This document shows, one piece after another, positions 57,101 to 64,000 of a DNA stretch of 64,000 nt. Made by a program: the position numbers and the translations under genes. Below the pieces are notes generated by a model that saw only the letters and a list, made by a program, of their open reading frames with translations, did not search any database and had not been told where the DNA came from. Position 1 is the stretch's first letter. Every line of letters begins with the position of its first letter. This DNA comes from Yuukianura sp. NJ FZ-2021 (lineage: Eukaryota), in assembly GCA_046563655.1 (NCBI GenBank), contig CM102286.1, positions 9,362,001 to 9,426,000 on the forward strand. Direction: 5' to 3'.

Positions 57101-60100
57101 CCAGACATAGATTAAAAATTTTCAACAGAAATAGTTGCTCTCAAAACGATGTGATAATTTTTGTTCACTGTGTGGGGTTGTGGATTGGGATGAAGCTTGA
57201 AGGATAGTCCATAAAATATTTAAAAGGTTAGTGAGAAATTTAAGTTTTAATTATTTTTTCTTGTAATTACCAACGACCTTTGCATCAAGACCGGCTTGGA
57301 ATTTAAAAATCAAACACAAGTTTTTGCTCTGAAATAAAAAGTTTCTTCAGCTGACGCTACAGGGGTGGTGCATTTCGATGAAGCTTGGTAACTTAGAAAA
57401 ATTTTTATCGTAATTAGCAACGGATTCTTCAATACCAGACATAGATCAAAAATTTTCAACAGAAATAGTTGCTCTCAAAACGATGTGATAATTTTTGTTA
57501 AATGTGAGGGTTGTGAATTGGGATGAAGCTTGAAGGATAGTCCATAAAATATTTAAAAGGTTATTGAGAAATTTAAGTTTTAATTATTTTTTCTTGTAAT
57601 TACCAACAACCTTTGCATCAAGACCGGCTTGGAATTTAAAAATCAAACACAAGTTTTTGCTCTGAAATAAAAAGTTTCTTCAGCTGACGCTACAGGGGGT
57701 GGTGCATTTCGATGAAGCTTGGTAATTTAGAAAAATTTTTATCGTAATTAGCAACGGATTCTTCAATACCAGACATAGATTAAAAATTTTCAACAGAAAT
57801 AGTTGCTCTCAAAACGATGTGATAATTTTTGTTAAATGTGAGGGTTGTGGATTGGGATGAAGCTTGAAGGATAGTCCATAAAATATTTAAAAGGTTAGTG
57901 AGAAATTTAAGTTTTAATTATTTTTTCTTGTAATTACCAACGACCTTTGCATCAAGACCGGCTTGGAATTTAAAAATCAAACACAAGTTTTTGCTCTGAA
58001 ATAAAAAGTTTCTTCAGCTGACGCTACAGGGGTGGTGCATTTCGATGAAGCTTGGTAACTTAGAAAAATTTTTATCGTAATTAGCAACGGATTCTTCAAT
58101 ACCAGACATAGATCAAAAATTTTCAACAGAAATAGTTGCTCTCAAAACGATGTGATAATTTTTGTTAAATGTGAGGGGTTGTGGATTGGGATGAAGCTTG
58201 AAGGATAGTCCATAAAATATTTAAAAGGTTATTGAGAAATTTAAGTTTTAATTATTTTTTCTTGTAATTACCAACGACCTTTGCATCAAGACCGGCTTGG
58301 AATTTAAAAATCAAACACAAGTTTTTGCTCTGAAATAAATAGTTTCTTCAGCTGACGCTACAGGGGGTGGTGCATTTCGATGAAGCTTGGTAATTTAGAA
58401 AAATTTTTATCGTAATTAGCAACGGATTCTTCAATACCAGACGGATCAAAAATTTTCAACAGAAATAGTTGCTCTCAAAACGATGTGATAATTTTTGTTA
58501 AATGTGAGGGGGTTGTGGATTGGGATGAAGCTTGAAGGATAGTCCATAAAATATTTAAAAGGTTAGTGAGAAATTTAAGTTTTAATTATTTTTTCTTGTA
58601 ATTACCAACGACCTTTGCATCAAGACCGGCTTGGAATTTAAAAATCAAACACAAGTTTTTGCTCTGAAATAAAAAGTTTCTTCAGCTGACGCTACAGGGG
58701 GTGGTGCATTTCGATGAAGCTTGGTAACTTAGAAAAATTTTTATCGTAATTAGCAACGGATTCTTCAATACCAGACATAGATCAAAAATTTTCAACAGAA
58801 ATAGTTGCTCTCAAAACGATGTGATAATTTTTGTTAAATGTGAGGGGGTTGTGAATTGGGATGAAGCTTGAAGGATAGTCCATAAAATATTTAAAAGGTT
58901 ATTGAGAAATTTAAGTTTTAATTATTTTTTCTTGTAATTACCAACAACCTTTGCATCAAGACCGGCTTGGAATTTAAAAATCAAACACAAGTTTTTGCTC
59001 TGAAATAAAAAGTTTCTTCAGCTGACGCTACAGGGGTGGTGCATTTCGATGAAGCTTGGTAATTTAGAAAAATTTTTATCGTAATTAGCAACGGATTCTT
59101 CAATACCAGACATAGATTAAAAATTTTCAACAGAAATAGTTGCTCTCAAAACGATGTGATAATTTTTGTTAAATGTGAGGGGGTTGTGGATTGGGATGAA
59201 GCTTGAAGGATAGTCCATAAAATATTTAAAAGGTTAGTGAGAAATTTAAGTTTTAATTATTTTTTCTTGTAATTACCAACGACCTTTGCATCAAGACCGG
59301 CTTGGAATTTAAAAATCAAACACAAGTTTTTGCTCTGAAATAAAAAGTTTCTTCAGCTGACGCTACAGGGGGTGGTGCATTTCGATGAAGCTTGGTAACT
59401 TAGAAAAATTTTTATCGTAATTAGCAACGGATTCTTCAATACCAGACATAGATCAAAAATTTTCAACAGAAATAGTTGCTCTCAAAACGATGTGATAATT
59501 TTTGTTAAATGTGAGGGGGTTGTGGATTGGGATGAAGCTTGAAGGATAGTCCATAAAATATTTAAAAGGTTATTGAGAAATTTAAGTTTTAATTATTTTT
59601 TCTTGTAATTACCAACGACCTTTGCATCAAGACCGGCTTGGAATTTAAAAATCAAACACAAGTTTTTGCTCTGAAATAAATAGTTTCTTCAGCTGACGCT
59701 ACAGGGGGTGGTGCATTTCGATGAAGCTTGGTTATTTAGAAAAAATTTTATCGTAATTAGCAACGGATTCTTCAATACCAGACGGATCAAAAATTTTCAA
59801 CAGAAATAGTTGCTCTCAAAACGATGTGATAATTTTTGTTAAATGTGAGGGGGTTGTGGATTGGGATGAAGCTTGAAGGATAGTCCATAAAATATTTATA
59901 AGGTTAGTGAGAAATTTAAGTTTTAATTATTTTTTCTTGTAATTACCAACGACCTTTGCATCAAGACCGGCTTGGAATTTAAAAATCAAACACAAGTTTT
60001 TGCTCTGAAATAAAAAGTTTCTTCAGCTGACGCTACAGGGGGTGGTGCATTTCGATGAAGCTTGGTAATTTAGAAAAATTTTTATCGTAATTAGCAACGG

Positions 60101-60737
60101 ATTCTTCAATACCAGACATAGATTAAAAATTTTCCACAGAAATAGTTGCTCTCAATACGATGAGTTAATTTTTGTTCACTGTGTGGGGTTGTGGATTGGG
60201 ATGAAGCTTGAAGGATAGTCCATAAAATATTTAAAAGGTTAGTGAGAAATTTAAGTTTTAATTATTTTTTCTTGTAATTACCAACGACCTTTGCATCAAG
60301 ACCGGCTTGGAATTTAAAAATCAAACACAAGTTTTTGCTCTGAAATAAAAGTTTCTTCAGCTGACGCTACAGGGGTGGTGCATTTCGATGAAGCTTGGTA
60401 ATTTAGAAAAATTTTTATCGTAATTAGCAACGGATTCTTCAATACCAGACATAGATTAAAAATTTTCAACAGAAATAGTTGCTCTCAAAACGATGTGATA
60501 ATTTTTGTTAAATGTGAGGGGGTTGTGGATTGGGATGAAGCTTGAAGGATAGTCCATAAAATATTTAAAAGGTTAGTGAGAAATTTAAGTTTTAATTATT
60601 TTTTCTTGTAATTACCAACGACCTTTGCATCAAGACCGGCTTGGAATTTAAAAATCAAACACAAGTTTTTGCTCTGAAATAAATAGTTTCTTCAGCTGAC
60701 GCTACAGGGGGTGGTGCATTTCGATGAAGCTTGGTAA
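169..60737. repeat. Tandem satellite DNA array, 336-bp monomer, about 180 copies, single orientation
   Basis: Identical landmarks recur every 335-337 bp (e.g. AAGCTT at 273 and 609; ORF-track hits at multiples of 336). About 34% GC in the first monomer. No unique spacers or inversions seen. Confidence 0.99.
54400..60737. repeat. B-only edge domain of the satellite array
   Basis: The last GGCGAATTGCG (A head) is near 53470. Beyond about 54400 all monomers carry GGTGCATTTCG and GGATTCTTCAATA, with variants TAAGTTTT, AATAAAAAG, GATTAAAA and GTTATTGAG. Confidence 0.85.
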
Positions 60738-60973
60738 CGCGCCAGAGCGCGTGTGACAACAATAGAGGACTTTCACCTCAGCGAGGGTCACCTTCTCTAT
60801 TGTGTCTGTTCGATGCCTGTGGGTACTTGGTCACCAGGGGGGGATAGCACTGGTCGCGGTCACTTACGTAGTAGGTAGCTTCGTAGAAATCAGCCTGACC
60901 TGTTCGTTGGTTACAAGGGTGACTGCCCTAGGAGTCCCTTAGTACTTAAATCTAAGCTTACTTAATGCTTACA

Positions 60974-61070
60974 CGCTATTGTCTTCACATTACGTTATTG
61001 TCCTCAAAGTATTTACTTCGTTATTGTTCTTAAATTATTTAGTACGTTATTGTTCTTACGTTATTGTTCG
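60974..61070. repeat. Five dispersed copies of CG(T/C)TATTGT in the retroelement leader
   Basis: Copies start at 60974, 60993, 61019, 61045 and 61059. Confidence 0.85.
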
Positions 61071-61227
61071 CACACACATTCATTCGTTACGTTAAATTAC
61101 GTTAATAGCTGCGTTAACAGTTGCGGTATTGAATCAACAATAGTTTTACTTGAATATACAGCGCAAGAAAGAAGAGCAAACAACCACAGAGGCGGGAACC
61201 TCTGTATTGTTTTTAAAGAAATTGCCA

Positions 61228-61244
61228 TCTCGGCAAATGCACCA
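61228..61244 (-). promoter_or_regulatory. Primer binding site, tRNA-Gly(GCC)-like
   Basis: TGGTGCATTTGCCGAGA compared with TGGTGCATTGGCCGGGA, the complement of a eukaryotic tRNA-Gly(GCC) 3' end recalled from memory (two mismatches). Lies 2 nt from the LTR end. Confidence 0.6.
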
Positions 61245-61246
61245 AT

Positions 61247-61862
61247 TGTTACGCCCATTTTGGCGCTTACCGTATTAGAAGGGCTCTCAGGGTCAAGCTA
61301 TTTTCCCCTAAGAGGTCTAGGGCCTTAAGGGCCCCTTCCCGGTGGTGAGTTCGGTCAATTGGAAATGTCCATCGTAAGTGCAAGGGTTATTGTATCAGCA
61401 AATAAATAATGAAGTATTATAAATTCCCATACCGTTCGGTTGCTGGTGCTCTCTTTATTGCCTTTGCAGTAAATTGCTCGTAGGTGGTACTATGGGTAGG
61501 TGCTTACTTCCGTCTCGCTTACTACTTCTGTCTTCTGCCCCTTTCTTCCTTCTTAATGGTGACTACTGGGGTATTTAACTAAAGTGCAGAAGTGTTCTAA
61601 TTACAAGTCGCTAATGATGCGGTTTTCCCGGTGGGACTCTGTTCTAACCACATTACCGGTAGCGGCTGTGGTTGGTTTTGATTGCTTAGCGGATACGGCC
61701 TTGTGGTTTTCACTAATGAGCTGGACCTTGGTCTTAGTCCCTCTTGGTGATTGACTGTGCTTAGTGACTAAGTGGGAGTGCGACCTTGACATTAGAGTGA
61801 AAGTGAAAGTGAAACACAATTGGTGCCACAGAATATGTGTGTGCTATTTTACAGGTGTAACA
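61247..61862 (-). repeat. LTR (~616 bp)
   Basis: 6-bp terminal inverted repeats TGTTAC (61247) and GTAACA (61862). On the minus strand, a TATA-like TTAAATAC (61578-61571) is followed by AATAAA (61459-61454). The right boundary is inferred from the terminal repeat only. Confidence 0.7.
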
Positions 61863-62047
61863 GTGACATTTATAAAAGGGACACATCAGCGGAAATTAAG
61901 TCAGTACTACGAATACATCAGTAGCAGTTATATTAGTGGCAATTACATCAGGACAAAGACATCAAAAAGCAATTTATTTCAGTTACAACTTTAGACGGTT
62001 AGGTTATTTTCACTAGGTTGTTTTATGCTGTTTATGGTTTGGTTAGG

Positions 62048-62386
62048 TTATTAAATAGCGAAAGCTATTTTATAATCTGATTCATGTCTGTCTGTCTGTC
62101 CGTCTGTCCAGCTCAATTATCTCGGAAACTACTGGACCAATTGTACCTGGGTTTCCACCAATGGACATCCCATGGCGGCCGCCAAATCAAGTTTATCTTT
62201 TTTCCCGGGTCTATGACCTTTTACCGTGTCAAAGGTCAAGGTCATTGACCTTTTCAATATAAAACCGGAAAAATGACCCTAGCAAAAGTTGTTCCTCTCA
62301 TTGAGGGGAGCAACTTTGGTATATAAACCATGGGTCTCTGACCCCTCCAAGGGGGTCAAAACCGGGATCAAAAGTCAACATATTAG
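62048..62386 (+). mobile_element. 5' portion of a DINE-1/HINE-like non-autonomous Helentron (Helitron group) element, interrupted by an LTR insertion
   Basis: 5' hairpin AAATAGC-GAAA-GCTATTT (62053-62070). (GTCY)6 microsatellite at 62086-62109, followed by ATCTCGGAAACTA, resembling the DINE-1 core order. Internal AAGGTCAAGGTCA motif and several palindromes. The 3' end is not in the window. Confidence 0.7.
62086..62109 (+). repeat. (GTCY)6 microsatellite
   Basis: GTCT GTCT GTCT GTCC GTCT GTCC. Confidence 0.95.
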
Positions 62387-62636
62387 TGTTAGGTATGCTT
62401 ACCGACGTCATTGTATGACGTCTGCCCTTTCCCCTATATAAGGCAATTGAATAAAGTACCGAGGGGTCAGTCGTCACTGATCACTCCACTCGTTCAACTT
62501 GTAACAGTGGTAGCAGAGGAGGAAGATCCCATCTCGGCCACTCTACCTTCCCAATTCAAACTCAGCTGATTCGCGCCTCTCAAATACCCAACAAATCCCA
62601 TGAGGGGATTCCCATCGCTTTCCACACAAAACACCG
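62387..62636 (+). mobile_element. 5' end of a short-LTR retrotransposon (120-bp LTR at 62387-62506, PBS, leader), interrupted by the BEL element
   Basis: TGTTA...TAACA termini. TATATAA at 62435, AATAAA at 62450-62455, TCAGT at 62467. PBS lies 1 nt after the LTR. Confidence 0.8.
62508..62520 (+). promoter_or_regulatory. Primer binding site for initiator tRNA-Met
   Basis: TGGTAGCAGAGGA is complementary to the 3' 13 nt of metazoan tRNA-iMet (...UCCUCUGCUACCA). Confidence 0.85.
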
Positions 62637-63075
62637 TGTTGGCGGGTAAACCGACAGTTCATGATTTAGGCTAATTTTACTTTATACTTCTCATGCATTT
62701 TCAATTCTTAGAATAAGGTTATTTGTACTTTAGTGACAGGGATTAGAAACACTCGTTTCTTCCTTTTCTCAACTTCTAACTTACACACACTAATTTACAT
62801 TGTGTTCTCATTCTGTGCTTTTCATAACTAGGAATACTCATTCCTCCCTTTACAATTCAGTTTGTCTTTCTTAGGTTATAAATACTAGTGACACACAGTC
62901 ACTCAGGGCTCAGTCTTTCTCAGTATTATTCCAATCTTGTAACCGTCTTCTTTCTCGCTAAACATTCAATAAACCTAAATAACGTAAATCTCGATGTCCT
63001 GACTTTTCTGTGGCTTCACCACAATTTACTTGCTCTCCCACAATTCTCATCTGAGGTCACAAAGGTCAGCGAACA
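62637..63075 (+). repeat. 5' LTR of the BEL/Pao element (~439 bp)
   Basis: Termini TGTTGGC...GCGAACA (6/7 inverted match). TATAAATA at 62877-62884, TCAGT at 62910, AATAAA at 62968-62973. The left boundary is inferred. Confidence 0.75.
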
Positions 63076-63078
63076 TTT

Positions 63079-63089
63079 TGGTGCCGAAA
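63079..63089 (+). promoter_or_regulatory. Primer binding site for tRNA-Phe
   Basis: TGGTGCCGAAA, 3 nt after the LTR end, is complementary to the eukaryotic tRNA-Phe 3' end (...UUUCGGCACCA). Confidence 0.8.
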
Positions 63090-63141
63090 GACGGTTACTG
63101 CCGAAAGCCTGGACCCAGACTAACACTACTTCACATTCAAC

Positions 63142-64000
63142 ATGGCGGAAGTCCTCTCACTCGTCCTTAAGCGAACAGCCCAGAAGCACAAACTGGCGAA
63201 AATCCTAAGGGACGTAAGTAACGTCGACTCACCGCCTACACAGTTTGAACTCCACAAACTGCTGGATCAAACTGAAAAGATCGAAGGTACTGTTCAATCC
63301 ATTCAAAACGAAATTCTAACGTACATGTCTAATGAAGAGGATTTAATTCCTCAACTTGAAGCTTCAGAACAGATTGATGACATGATTGTTAAGATCCATG
63401 GTCTTATCAATGGAGAGTTAGCGAAGCTGGACTCCAACACCCAGAGTGGATCCACCCTAACCTCTGCTCCGTCAGTCGTTCATCCATCGTCAAAGGTCAA
63501 GTTACCTAAGCTTGACCTTCCTACTTTCTCTGGCAGTTACGAAGACTGGCCATCCTTCCGAGATCAATTCGAGGCTTCCATCGTCAACAATGGTGGTTTG
63601 TCTGGTTGCGAAAAGCTGCAGTATCTAAAGTCATCTCTCAAGGACGATGCACTAAAGATAGTCTCGCCATTCGTAATCACTAATGCTAATTTTCAGGATG
63701 CTTGGGATTTGTGTATCGAGCGATACAACAACACGCGCGAGATCGCATTTTCATTGTTGCGAAAATTGTTTAATCTCTCTAAACTGTTTCAGGAAAATGC
63801 GACTTCACTGAGGAACCTGGTTGATACTTTCGACCAGTGCGTGAGACAGTTGCGGAACCTTAACCGTAACGTTGACCAATGGGATGATGTTCTGGTCTTT
63901 ACCATAATGGAAAAGTTGGATCCTGACACAAAACGGGAATTCGCCATCCAACTGTCAGGAACGAACGTTCCTACTTACAAGGAGGTCAAGGACTTTCTTG
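63142..64000 (+). CDS. gag: BEL/Pao Gag(-Pol) polyprotein N-terminus, DUF1759-like domain; 3' partial
   Basis: Manual translation is open for 286 codons: MAEVLSLVLKRTAQKHKL...KVKLPKLDLPTFSGSYEDWPSFRDQFEASI...EKLQYLKSSLKDDA...FQDAWDLCIERY...WDDVLVFTIMEKLD...PTYKEVKDFL. The KLPKLxLPxFxGxxxxWxxFxxxF and KLxYLxSxL motifs are typical of BEL/Pao Gag. Confidence 0.92.
   Translation, partial: MAEVLSLVLKRTAQKHKLAKILRDVSNVDSPPTQFELHKLLDQTEKIEGTVQSIQNEILTYMSNEEDLIPQLEASEQIDDMIVKIHGLINGELAKLDSNTQSGSTLTSAPSVVHPSSKVKLPKLDLPTFSGSYEDWPSFRDQFEASIVNNGGLSGCEKLQYLKSSLKDDALKIVSPFVITNANFQDAWDLCIERYNNTREIAFSLLRKLFNLSKLFQENATSLRNLVDTFDQCVRQLRNLNRNVDQWDDVLVFTIMEKLDPDTKREFAIQLSGTNVPTYKEVKDFL

Larger units (their letters stand above)
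60738..61862 (-). mobile_element. Truncated LTR retrotransposon: 5' LTR, PBS and ~490 bp of leader, ending at the satellite; superfamily unresolved
   Basis: On the minus strand the LTR ends ...GCGTAACA (61247), followed by 2 nt and then TGGTGCATTTGCCGAGA. No coding sequence occurs before the satellite junction. Confidence 0.75.
62637..64000 (+). mobile_element. BEL/Pao LTR retrotransposon, 5' part (continues beyond the window)
   Basis: LTR, PBS and a DUF1759-type gag ORF in the canonical order. Confidence 0.9.

Noticed and set aside
169..60737. CRISPR array or tandem RNA-gene (5S, tRNA, snRNA) cluster
   Set aside because: No unique spacers, no cas genes, and no recognisable RNA gene or Pol III box in the monomer.
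169..60737. Frequent G4/G5, T-run and A-run length variants
   Set aside because: Scattered homopolymer indels that do not follow the HOR markers; likely long-read consensus errors or slippage.
1..61862. Whole array as cargo inside one LTR retrotransposon
   Set aside because: The flanking LTRs are inverted relative to each other and not identical, and no polypurine tract lies at the left junction.
62387..63075. Single 689-bp LTR for the BEL element
   Set aside because: An internal TAACA plus iMet PBS and two separate TATA/poly(A) sets fit two nested elements better.
61050..63208. Four short track ORFs (92, 72, 76 and 106 aa)
   Set aside because: They lie in LTR or leader sequence, three of them cross element boundaries, and none shows a domain motif. 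The last overlaps gag in another frame.

Overview
Eukaryotic (probably invertebrate) heterochromatin, not prokaryotic DNA. Bases 169-60737 are one head-to-tail satellite array of about 180 copies of a 336-bp monomer (about 66% AT in the first copy). The monomer is itself a diverged dimer of ~148 + ~188 bp subunits. It occurs as two main subtypes (A, B), A/B hybrids and a rare subtype C, arranged in local higher-order repeats, with a B-only domain at the right edge. On the left the array is cut by the 3' end of an LTR (1-168). On the right is a 3.3-kb cluster of transposons: a minus-strand LTR element with a tRNA-Gly-like PBS whose leader is fused to the satellite; the 5' part of a DINE-1/HINE-like Helentron derivative; a 120-bp-LTR element with an initiator-tRNA-Met PBS; and a BEL/Pao element (LTR, tRNA-Phe PBS, gag ORF) that runs off the window. 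The two LTRs flanking the array have similar U5 ends and both point into it. The ~60-aa ORFs in the supplied track are artefacts of the repeat. The only credible CDS (gag, from 63142) is missing from the track because its stop codon lies outside the window.
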